From Octopus vulgaris (taxonomy: Eukaryota), in NCBI GenBank assembly GCA_951406725.2, contig OX597816.1:107446001-107510000 (forward strand): a stretch of DNA of 64,000 bases, in the 5' to 3' direction. Positions 12,236-23,596 of the stretch are shown one piece after another (position 1 is the first letter of the stretch; each line of letters starts with the position of its first letter). The notes beneath the pieces are model-generated. The model was not told where the DNA came from and made no database searches. It worked only from the letters and a program-made list of their open reading frames with translations. A program made the translations under genes and the position numbers.

Positions 12236-13125
12236 TTTCTTTATTGGCTACTGAGGGCCCAACATAGAAGGGACGGCACAAGGATGGTCAACACAATGTG
12301 GGGACATAAAACATAGACAAATGAATGGGATGAATTATTAAATGAATGAGGATGAAATGGCTACTGAACCCCACTTTCACTAGTACCATTTGACTGCTTT
12401 TTTTTTCATTGTTTATCATTTTGGTATAAAAACAAATACTTACCATATTATATAGGTCACCATATTCCACTACTGGAGGTAGTGTCAAATCTCACCCCCT
12501 AGTTCTATTTTTTTCCTAAATGTTTCTTTTAATTTCTTAAAGTTTTCTGTGTCAATAATGACACATTTCATGTCTGCTGGGTGGGTACTCCACTTCTGGT
12601 ATTTTAACTTTTATTGCTGTTTTTATTTTATTTATCTTTTTCTCAATGGCCGAGCTCTTCATATAGGTCATAATATATGTCCAGAGAGGTTTGTCGATTA
12701 AATATGTCTGTTTGTGTGTCTATTTGTCTGTATACCTACTGGGAGAAGCGGGGTTGTTTGCAGTGATTTTTTTTTTTTATGGGGTGTCTGCAGAGGTGAG
12801 ATGGGTGTTCTGTCTGTTTGTGTTTTCTGCATGTTGAATAATGTGTCTTGTTTGATTTCCTACTTTTTCTTTTTCTTTTTTTTTTTTTTTTTTTTTTTTG
12901 ACGTTTTTGGAGGTGAGTTTTTTGACTCCTTCCTCTTCCTGCTTGGAACTTCCTGGAATTCTTCGATTGGATGTGTTGTTTCTGTGTTTTCGATGTCGTT
13001 GTTCTTCTCATTTTGGTTTTCAGGCATTTGGTTATTAATTTGGGGGCAATTCGCTTTTATATGTCCCCTCCTCCTACAGTGATGGCAGGTGGGAGGTCTT
13101 CCCTCTATCACTACTCGTAGCTTTA
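12236..13125 (-). mobile_element. 3' half of another ORF1-only Tx1-type element
   Basis: VVIEGRPPTCHHCRRRGHIKANCP and a poly-K patch, then a short 3' region ending in a tail motif at about 12236-12285. Confidence 0.65.
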
Positions 13126-13275
13126 CATCTAATAACTAATGGATGATTTTTGTTTTTAATCACACGATACAGGTTAGTTTATGAGCATTGCTTAGATTAG
13201 ACTATATTTATCAGTTTGCACGGGGCTGAATTGCCTAGATCTACTGTGTTATACAGGAAGTTATGTTATTCATAT

Positions 13276-15625
13276 AATAATAATAATAAACATTGTGTAC
13301 AGTGCTCAGGTGCACTACAACTCATCTAAAGTGCATATATAATCAGGTGTAGTTTCGACGGATTTCGGAAAGCATGAGGGCCTTAAAGGATGCAGTGTCA
13401 TGGCAGTCAACAACTGACGCAGGCAGTTTATTCCATGCTTCAGCAACTCTGAGCGTGAAGAAATGTTTCCGAAAGTCATGGGAGCTGTGTTGTTTTCTGA
13501 CTTTGTAGGCATGTCCACGTGTGTTAGACACATGGAGATCAAAACGGTGTTCAGTGTTGTTATTGGTGAGGTGGTTGACAACTTTGTGGGCGTTTACCAA
13601 GTCCGTTGCCAGACGCCGGAGCTTCAGTGAATCCATGCCCAGGGAAACAAGGCGCTCAGAATATGGTGTCTGATGGAGGGTATGCGTTTGGTTGCACGTC
13701 TCTGAACAGATTCCAGGAGGTCAATGTTCTGAGCAAGATAGGGGTTCCAAACTAATGATGCGAATTCCAAGTGTGGTCGTACCATAGCCGTATACAGTTT
13801 TAAATAGATGGCTGGAGAGCGGCTAACAAAAGTCTTGCTGAGTGATGCCAAGACACCCTCGGCCTTCTTGACAATTTTAGAGATATGCTTTGTCCAACGC
13901 AAATCACTGCTGACAGTGATGCCTAGGTCACGCTCGCAAAAGGATTTCTTGATATCAGTGTTGTGGAGGGAGTATGTGGACGCAGGGTTTTTTCTCCCAA
14001 AATGCATGGTGGTACACTTGTCCACAGCCAGTTTCAGTTGCCAGTCTGTGATCCATTGCTGCATTGTGTCCAGGTCTGATTGCAGGAAAGAGCTGTAGAC
14101 AACAGGATCTGTCCTCTTGATTTCAAGGTAGAGCTTGATGTCGTCTGCATATTTTAATACTGTGGCATTCTTTAAATTTGCATCTATGTCATTAATGTAT
14201 GCCCCAAACAAGAGGGGACCAAGGACAGATCCCTGTGGTACACCCGATGACATCTCATATGGTGTAGAATGCTGTCCTAGAACTGTGACTACCTCCTTTC
14301 GGTTGAGAATGAAGGATTTCAACCAGTTAAAAAGGTCATCCCTCACACCCGTTGCAGAGAGTTTCACCATAAGCCTTTTGTGTGGCACAGAGTTGAAAGC
14401 CTTAGCAAAGTCAAGGTAGACAACATCCACCCATGAGCCACTGTCAGTGATCTGAGTAATGTCCTCAAGGAACTCGACAAGCTGATCACTGCAGCTGGAG
14501 TTAGGGACAAATCCATATTGTGAGGGTCGGATGAGACTGTGTGAGCTCCAGAAGTTCCAAAGTGTTTCTCTGACACACGATTCCATCAGTTTTGCAATAC
14601 AGCTAGTGAGACTGACTGGGCGATAGTTGACAGGTTATGTGCGGTCGCCCTTTTTGAACAGAGGAATGACACTGGCAGTTTTCCACTGTTCCGGAGTAGC
14701 ACCATTGTTGAGACAGTACTGGAAGAAAATAGAGAGCTGGTGTAAAAGGAAGTACCTGCCACGTTTGAGAAGCAGGTATGTAACTCCATCAAGACCAGGG
14801 GGGGGGGCATAGTTGCGCTTATTTTGAAGGTGACGTCGCAGTATTGCAGGTGTAAATTCCATAGTTGTTATGGAATTTGCTGTTAGAGATGGTGAAGATG
14901 GTACATTTTGATTTTCAACAGTGAATGTTTGCATAGCACTCGGCAATGAGTTCTGCGCATTCCTTGGGGTCGTCAGTGATCTGGTTTGTGTGAGGGTTGC
15001 GAAGAGGGCCCACTGGAGAGTGAGGTCTCTGCTTCGAATGCACATATTTCCAGAAAACCTTGCTGTCAGGATTGGCTGCTATGCACTGTTCAAATTCAAG
15101 CACTGCTTTTTTTGTCACTTGCTTGAGATGGTTGGAAGATTTATTCCGCTTCTTCCTGTTGGTGTCTGATTTATGCAACTTGTATTCCCGTTCAGCAGTT
15201 CGATGTTCCTTCCTGGCAAGTCGGACCGCTGAAGTTTCCCAAATTGCACTTTTGGGGCGGTTCTTCTTTTTCTGTTTACATGGCACTGATGCTGCACATG
15301 CTGCCCATATTGAGTCCAGGATACTCTGGAGTATAGTATTCACATCTCCAGAGTTGTAGAATTCACGCCAGTTTGGGTGCTGTAGTTCAGTGTGGTACAG
15401 GTTCCAATCTGCTCTCTTCCAATCGAAGGAAGCAGATTGGAGATGGTTCAGGTTTTTGTTGTTGCCTGCAAGAGCCAGATTGGCGATGATCATAGCATGA
15501 TCAGAGTCGCCTAGAGGTTCCTCCGTAGTGCAATTCATAACCGCTTCAGGAGTTGTGGTGAAGAGCAGGTCCAAGGTGTTGTCGCCTCTTGTTGGAGAGG
15601 TGACTACTTGTGACCAGTTTGAGTC
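13276..15625 (-). mobile_element. CR1-clade LINE, 5'-truncated ORF2 (end of APE, RT, C-terminus) with 3' stem-loop and (TTA)n tail
   Basis: PTRGDNTLDLLFT...LGDSDH, VYLDFAKAFNSVPHKRL, GVPQGSVLGPLLF, YADD, MVRPHLEFA, LESVQRRATK and TRGHAYK...RVAEAWNKLP. A GTGC-ACCTGA-GCAC hairpin precedes TTATTATTA. Confidence 0.9.
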
Positions 15626-15978
15626 CAGTGAATTAAAATTTTTCGGAATGTTTAGTCGCTAACCTGTCTGAGCAAGCTTAAATGTGTTTTCCCTATTAAA
15701 ACAATGGCGGAAAAAGCTGAAACTGTTTCACAACATATGGACAAGTATGAAGCACACAATTTTTATGACTTGTGTGCTGTTTACTGGATTGCATTTTTCA
15801 TACAGTCAGTAATTTCTTGGGATAAATGGTATGAGATAAAGCAAGAGATATCATTAAGAATAATGTAAAGTTAGAGAGTATGGAAAGTAACTATAAAAAC
15901 TATTATTTAATTTATTTCACTTCAGCTACATCTCAAATGAACATTAATGACCATTAATCTAATAAAGTATTAGTTTAA

Positions 15979-16499
15979 CCCTTTCGTTACCAAACCGCCC
16001 TTTTTCGAATGAGCCTATTTGAAATCATTACGGCGGAAACGAACCGTTACGCTAAACGTAAACAAAGCGAAAGAAAGGATAGTTAGTGGTTTCCCACAAC
16101 CTTAAATGAAATTAAGGCCTATTTTGCCATAAATATTATTATGTGTATCAGAAAGTTACCCAGAATAACAAATTCTATCGTAAAATTTTGTTGTATACCC
16201 AATTGAATATTAGCTAATAACCCATTTTCTATAGCGATGTTTGAACAAAATTTTAATAATTTTATATATTGTTGAATTTACCTGTATCTACCTGCAATTA
16301 GTCACTTTGTGACAAAAATTATAGTATAGAATTGGTTGAGAACATTTCATTAAATTATCTTCCAAAATTCATGTTAATATATTGATAAATAAAAAAGTTA
16401 TAGTTGTTTAATGAAACCAGACTAAATTTATGATTACGTTAGAAATTAATTGAAACACATAAGGGGTGTATTTTGGTCAGAAATATAGTAACGAAAGGG
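15979..16499. mobile_element. piggyBac-type MITE
   Basis: TTAA|CCCTTTCGTTAC ... GTAACGAAAGGG|TTAA: a 12-bp TIR with CCC/GGG ends and a TTAA target duplication. Confidence 0.85.
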
Positions 16500-17050
16500 T
16501 TAATGTGTTCTCTTTTGTAGCCTTTGAGTAAAAAAAAAAAAAAATTAAAATGCTGATTGCTTGGAACCGTGAAAAACATGTTACATCTGTACACTTGTGT
16601 ATGTTTGTGGAGGGTGTATAGTTTGATTCTTGTTTAATCCAAGGCCAGTTCTCATTAAGCAAACCAGTGATGAAAGAGTTTTGGGATTACATAATCTAAT
16701 TTATATCCATTCAAGACAGTATGCCTCTTATTTCTTGATCAAGTGTTGGACATAGATATTTATAGACGCCGTTCATCAAAATCTACAATTTTGCAATAGT
16801 TCGCCGCAGATGCCCTTTTCTCTGTTTAAGATGAGAATTTCACTTTCATTGGGGCATGGGCATAAATTTTTCTTTTTTTTACTCCGATATACGATCTGTT
16901 GGGATTGTCGATATTTTAATAGAGCAATCCAGCAGTATCTAATGGTTGAATGCATAAAATGTGCAATAGGTGTAGCACGTGCATCAAAAAGCAGTTATTA
17001 CGTCGCAGATATTTTTAGAAAAGCTGCTTAAAAATGCATGACCATATAGT

Positions 17051-17451
17051 TGTAGTGTCGCTACACAGCGGCGCGTGCGCGCACCGTACATTTTCTATTT
17101 CGCGCGCGTTGGTGCCTTCACCAAGAGAGAGGAAGGGCCCTCTCGCGCATGCGCGAAGCACCGGAAGAAGAACCCTTTTGCCTACGTAGCAGTTAGCCGA
17201 GGCAAAGGGGATCGTAGAACGTTTGACCACTAGCGGCAGTCAGCGACTTGAGACATGGCAATCGAAGGTACTACACGTATATTCTCTCGTCAAGGTTTTT
17301 GCGTTCCCTTGCCTCTTTTCTAAGGGTCGCTTTTCCTAGCCAATCAGCTAATTCCACGATAGCAATATTTCCTCTTGGTGATGAAAACACCAACGCGCGC
17401 GAAATAGAAAATGGACGGTGCGCGCGCGCGCCGTTGTGTAGCGTCACTACA
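17051..17451. mobile_element. Long-TIR MITE, Ginger-like (TGT...ACA, 4-bp TSD)
   Basis: About 80-bp imperfect TIRs (TGTAGTGTCGCTACAC... / ...GTGTAGCGTCACTACA) flanked by TAGT on both sides. Confidence 0.75.
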
Positions 17452-18834
17452 TAGTTAAAATTGCTTTGTAACTATGCGGTTTTGGCTTGATCCCATTACT
17501 AGGCAGTTTGGGCATGTGTAATCTACCAGAGCGTCGGGTAGATCAATTCTTTGTAGGTAGAATTTGGTTGTCGAAAACTCTTTGGAAGTTTGTTGAGAAG
17601 TAAAATTATGTAACTTTGTAAGAGAACTGAAAAAAAAACAAAAAAACTACGTCATAAACTGTCCTTTCAAATAATTTGTTTTGCATTGAATTCCAGAAAC
17701 TCTCTCTTGATTTTCAGTGCTGGAAATACAATAAACCAGCAATTAGCTCGTTGGAAGCATGTAGCCAACAATGTTATTGCTTATCACCTGTGAAATAAAA
17801 CGTGTGTCTGCCACTCTGGTACAACACAGCCAACTTCATACAGTTACTTCATGTAATAAAAAAAAGTGTTAGTGTGAAGGGAAACAACTTAATAAACATG
17901 TTTGCAAGGGAAGTAACTCTTTAAAATAAGAGTGACGTTTAAAACCGTCAAGGCAAGGAGACATTATAATACGCACACATACATATATGTGTATAGTTAT
18001 AAATTATACTATTTTATATAGATTGTTAACGTTAACAATACTCAGAAACAGGCTAGAATCGAAGTGCTCAAATTGAGCTAAGTTCCAATTTATAATTTAA
18101 GTGGAGGCAATGGGAACGGGAAACTAGAGGAACATGACCTATTATCCAGCAGAATATTCAGTATATATGTGTACTTTCTTCAGCATTAATAAAGCAAAAT
18201 AAAGTTCGAAATAATAGTAGTATTAAAAACATACAAGCATATAAATATTTAAAAACACGCAAATATTTAAAAATACGTTGGCATTTTAAAAATATATAAA
18301 CACATAAATAGATATAAAGAACGTCGATATGATATAAGACAGTGAATTATAAATTCACACGATGTGATATAAAGGAATAAAAATTTACAAGTGAAAACAC
18401 AAGCATATAACCTATATAAAACACGTAGGTATTTAAAAATATTTAAAAATATATATATCACAGGTGCCAATACGTTGAATCGAACCCATAATGCTGTATT
18501 CTCTATCCTACTTTCGAATGTCTCAGTCTGGTTGCTTTTTCATCATCTAATAATACTGCTTTCTTGTTTCGATTCTCCTCTTTATCTGCAAGTTTCACTC
18601 TGATAACTCCTTTCATTCTTGCTATCAATTTTTCAATTTCTACGCTTTTCTCGTATCTCATATACGTTCTTTCGTATTTTCCTTTACGTGGCCTTCTTTC
18701 AACATTCTCTGTATATAATGACGATGAAAATGACTTTCTACCCACCAAAGTAGAAAGTTGCATTTTACTGTTCAGTTTGTATCTTTTCTACTGTTCAGTT
18801 TATATATTGTTTTACTATTCGGTTTGTATCTCTC

Positions 18835-21800
18835 TTTTTTAAGCTTCCAGTAGCCGGGTCCTCTCTTAAGCGCACTATCTCCAGTCTACACTTAACCATT
18901 CTATGGTAAGTGTAGGACGCCTGAACAAGCTGTGGACAACTTAAGCTAGCCTTATCTTATGCTCTTATAACTATCCTATCTAAGTAAGATTTGAACCATC
19001 TGTCGCCACTAATCCAGGTCCACTCTGGGACGTCCGGATGGTCAAGTCTGTAACGATCTGCTAGCTGAAACCGCCCGCAGGTAGCAAAGTAAATCGTAAG
19101 ATACTATCAGTGGCTGGTTCTGTTCGGCTAATCCTGCAGAATCAGCAACCTTTCTCACAGAGACATATTCCGACGTCAGCAAGCAAAGGTTTCGGCGGAC
19201 GACGGATTTTGGTATCAGTCTCACCATCTGGTGAAGACTTAACCCTCCGTCCGCCGGCTGCTATATAAGAAGGAAGATGACGTAGACTCGGGGAGATGAA
19301 GCATTCTTCTAGCCCCCACGCGGATGGCCGTGTCAAGCCTCTCAAGTATTCCTCTTGGCGGCAGTACCTGCACTAGACTATAAAAAAGTCTAGGCAGGTA
19401 ATATTGCTGGAGCAAGAGGAATTTTTGTCGGGGTTTCAGCGGAGCCCTGCACATTTTATTTATGTCCAGGGACACCTGCACCACTGAATCTAAACCAAAC
19501 TACCGACTTGAGATCGAAGTCCACTTGGGGATGTTTACACCTAGATAACATACTCTCTCTCTCTCTCTCTCCCGGTTCTACCTTTTTAATAGTAACACCA
19601 TCGATATTCGGCGGGGTGTTCTCATTGACGAGGTAGGACTTGCCGCAGATAGAGAACCACGCACACTTACCGACATTAAGCCCCAGTCCAACCGCGCGAT
19701 AGAACTCCAAGCATCTGTCTATAAGAGCCTGGAGACCATCGCGCGATTTCGCTTGGATTCAGGGGAGTTACCTGAAGCATGCGTTTGGCGACCATCTTTG
19801 AAAATAAACGATATACCGCAGAACATATCGTGATTGGTCGCCAATTTGCAAGATCGTATGGGTCGTCTGATCTCTTGGGTATGAGAATCGACTTACCCCG
19901 CTTCAGGATATCGGGTACCTTACCCGCCAGCAACATGCAGTTGCATATATTTGCTAGAACAGCTGGGTCCATCGCTTTAATTTCACATATAGTGATACCG
20001 TCTGGACCCGCCGCTGAGGAGATCTTCATCTTACGTCTACTTATCTTAATCTCCTCCACGGAGAACGGACTCAAAATGGAGTCGCTCTCAACCTGGGAGG
20101 AGGAGGGGTAGTTCTTCAGATCAACCTCAGGGCCTGGAGCAGAAAGCCTCCCTTTATAAAATTCCTCTATCGAATAGATTGGAATAGGGCATTCCTGCTC
20201 CCTGTTTTCACCTAATACAACTGCAAGGAGCTTCTTTCTATTCTTTTTAAATAGATCTTGATGGCGGGCGTAAGCATGACGCTTATCCCGTCGCCTAAGT
20301 CTAGTGTTTCTATTATTGTTATTATTACTATCACTAACTAGATTCCTCCTGTTGGTGGTTACTTCTCTACGCGATTCATATTGCTCCACCCAGTCCTCTA
20401 CAGTTTTCTCAAATGAGCCCCAAGCAGCCGCGGTCCCGTCCTCCACGGGTTCCAATAGGGCCTCGGAGAAGACTGCAGACCAACGGGTATGCCCGGGACA
20501 TGCAGCATCGAGGCAGCGATCCTTCCAGTCAATACTAGACTGGGGTTCTCCCCCGATTTGTGATTGGGAATTGGTCGCGGACTGCTCTGACCCTTGATGA
20601 CTCGTACGAGCCTTTTTGGCCAGGTCAGCCCTTTTCGATCCTACCTGTTTGGCTGTTTTGCCCGGTAAGAATCGTGCAATGGCAGCATTGATCCGCTTTA
20701 CCCCTGTCTTCTTCAGCTCCGACTTCTTTTCAACGAGGACCACTACTTCCTCGTCGGACCAACAGCCCCTGCGTCTTTGGCCTATTGCCTCAGCAGCGGC
20801 TGCCCGATCGGCACGTTTCTTCGCAATTTGCTCTAAGCGAGCAGCAATCCTGCGGGCATTCGCCACTACAGGATGCTTATGCCGAACGTGCTGCGATCGA
20901 CCTATAGCCGTCAAAAAAGAACGGCTGCAGTGGTCACAATCAAAGGAGGCTAGAGCTGGACTAGGGGCAGGTGCTCTAAATGCACTGCCATCGCATCTAC
21001 CTGCGTGACACCTCATAGAGTGGAGGTGTCCGCTTTCCCTATCACATTTAATGCACTTGTAGGCCTAATACCATGTCTACAAATAACATGCTCCCCCCAA
21101 TCATGGGGGGGGGGGAGGAGAAGCGCAGAGGACATAGCGGACAGGCTATGGAGCATGACGCGCAGGGAATTGTAAGTGAGAATTTACCCCCAACTGGAGT
21201 GGGGCTTGATACCCCCACTACCTCCTCTTGATCCATTTCTAAATTAAGAGAATGAATGGGGAGGTCCCTAGCGACCCTATCTCGGTCCGTCTCTAGATCA
21301 AAAGACCGGACTTCATCGATGGGGTCATGTGCTAGGTCCAGTGGGAGTTGATCTCCTCTCACTATCAGGGAATGGTCCTTATATTCTAATCTAAATATAT
21401 TTTTCCTATTTTTATAATACTTCAGTGTCGGACGCAAAGTTAAGCGCCCGACACTAGTCTTGTCAAAGCCTATCGAGCCACTTGATCTTACTTGCACCGG
21501 AGATGACTCATTGTCCCGTGCAAGGGAGGGTCGTAATTCGGCCGACCGCATTTGGGTATTGCAGTCAGCCTGACGTGTGGGCCCCATCCCGGACCCACAG
21601 GCCACCAGTTTGGCGGCGCCTGGCTGCCGTATGTTTCTTAACTTATTAGTATTGGAATACATGTCACTATTCTTAGCGGCATTTAACTAGGGATCATGGC
21701 CGAAACGATAAAGTAGAACTTAAAGGAGGCGCATTACCAGTCCTACCAAGAAAAGCAAGCTAAGCCACTAACCTAATCTCAAAGACCTTATGGCCACCCA

Positions 21801-22825
21801 CTCAAGTCCGGAGACAAACAGCAAGCCCCCCGAGAACTATTACCCCCAGGAAATTCCTGGGGGACTTGTCTAGGCTAAGCGGGGCCCGTGAGTGTATCCA
21901 CCCCAGACCTGAAGCGGTGATCAAGAACGAGCCACCCTAAGATAAGTCCTAAGATAAGTCCTATTAAGGAAACCTCAACCGGTGTGTGAGGCGATAAACC
22001 ACACTCAAGGGCAAATATAGAAGATACGGCTAAATTCCCTCGTCACAACAACCGGCTAGACCATTAACATCAAAAGGGCGCCCATCCCTATGGTAGTCAC
22101 CCCCAAAATGGAGGCAAGAGAAAGGGCCTTCACTCTGTACTGCTACAAGACAACTGCCCGACTGTAAGAGCCGGACAGTCCCCCATCTACAGCCCGTGAA
22201 GGGCTCTATTCTATAACACTGCCGCTGGGTACCTAGCTCACAGGCCCCTCCACACCAGCACAGGAGGAACCGGCGATCCCCCACACCGGAATCAACCAGA
22301 AACCCCGGCCCTACATAAGCCCAAGACTACAACTCACTGGCTCCATAAAAGAGCCGCAAACTTCACTTTATTGTCCCCAAGGGAGAACCGCCCACTATCC
22401 ATCACACGCAAACAAGAGAACTAACCGGGTCACTAATGACCAACAAGGACTCCGAGGGTTCGGCCAGCGGCCGCTCAACTAAACTAGCAGGGAGGCATGC
22501 ACCCCCCTATCAGAATCGCCCAAAATCCGCTAGCTCCCCACCAAACTAAATTGGAACCGCTTTGGAGAAGGAAGGACACGTTTAGTTTGTCCAATGCGAG
22601 GTTTTTATCCGGCATTGCGCAAAGCATATCCGGCATCGACCCCACATGGACGTAAGCTCTCTTACCACGCCAAGGTAGTGTCCAAAAGGGTGAAGCCTGG
22701 CAGTGCATCCACCTGCCGAGTAAAAGACAGTGAGCAAAGCCCACTGAATCCCGACAGGTCATAACATACCAGACCTACCTGTTAATGCATCCACCTCAAA
22801 AGAGGTCATAAGAAACAGGCCCCAC
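18835..22825 (-). mobile_element. R2 non-LTR retrotransposon (three zinc fingers plus Myb, R2-A-like), internally deleted
   Basis: CPLC.., CIKC..HAGRC and CDHC..HVRHKH fingers. Myb WSDEEV...FLPGKTAKQV. RT SAAGPDG and ILIPK...NWRPITI. Later GLGLNVGKC and APLKPRQK. The 5' end joins 28S at the R2 site. Confidence 0.9.
19676..21016 (-). pseudogene. Largest remaining open segment of the R2 ORF (zinc finger, Myb, RT N-terminal domains)
   Basis: 446-aa ORF. RT motifs stop after about 19750, where the catalytic YADD region is deleted. Confidence 0.85.
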
Positions 22826-22859
<34 letters not shown>

Positions 22860-22990
22860 ACTTGGTTGAGACATTCAGAGCACTGGGAAGAAATCACATC
22901 TCGTCTGTGCGGCTCGGCCGCCTACGGATGCTCTGTTTTAATTAGACAGTCGGATTCCCCCGGTCCGTACCAGTTCCGAGTCGACCGTTG
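22826..22990 (-). rRNA. 28S rRNA: 28S rRNA fragment (orphan) ending at the R2 insertion site
   Basis: Minus strand reads GAACTGGTACGGACC...GGGGAATCCGACTGTCTAATTAAAACAGAGCAT...GATGTGATTTCT..CCAGTGCTCTGAATGTC...GCGGGTAAACGGCGGGAGTAACTATGACTCTCTT, the conserved LSU core. About 13 nt appear deleted after GAATGTC. Confidence 0.95.
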
Positions 22991-23590
22991 CTGTCTCTTC
23001 CGGTGCTTCTTCCCTTCTTTCCTTCTCTTTTGGTTGGCACTCGGCCCTGATATGTCCCTTCAACCCGCAGTTGAAGCATCTCGGCGTTCTGCCTTCCACG
23101 TGGACTATGAGTCGCTCTCCTCCGCCAACATTTATGGCTTCTGGGATTTCCTCGAGTGTAGTCACCTCGGCTTGAATTGCCATTGTCAAGCTCTGGCCTC
23201 TCCACCGGTCTTCCTCTACCACTGTTTTGTTTTTCCGGTGTTACTGCTAGTGAACTATTTTCTTCACCTGACACAGGTGAGTAGGAGATTGGTGTATCCA
23301 TTTCCATTTTTCGCAACAGGTTGGCTTAAAACAGCCTTTCAAAAAATTGGCTTAAAAAGCCTTTCACAAAAGATGGTTTCAGAAGCCTTTTCACAAAAAT
23401 TGGCTTAAAGAGCTACAGGATAACAATAATTCCCCCGCAGGGGGGAATTTCAACAAATAGCTTTCGAAGAAAGCAATTAAGTTCTTTTTTTAAAAAACAA
23501 TAATAATAAATCACGGTAACAATAGCAGTATTCACAGGAGAAAATTGACACGTACCAAATTAGTCTAACGAAGAAGTCGGCGTAACATGC
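22991..23590 (-). mobile_element. Internally deleted 5' copy of the Tx1-like element at 23597-28660
   Basis: The 5' UTR and MDTPISYSPVSGEE are fused at about 23225 to VVEEDRWRGQ...CFNCGLKGHIRAEC, near-identical to about 27550-27790 and 28290-28660. Confidence 0.85.
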
Positions 23591-23596
23591 TTGATT

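Noticed and set aside
18855-18955. CTCTCTTAAG and TTAAGCTAGCC as the downstream R2 target in 28S
   Set aside because: The matches are short, on the wrong strand, and have no flanking 28S similarity.
22826-22990. Functional rDNA unit
   Set aside because: It is only about 165 nt, has an internal deletion, and no other rRNA sequence is present in the window.
22938-23222. 94-aa ORF ending DSELVRTGGIRLSN as a novel gene
   Set aside because: It is a Tx1 ORF1 fragment reading through the junction into 28S rRNA sequence.
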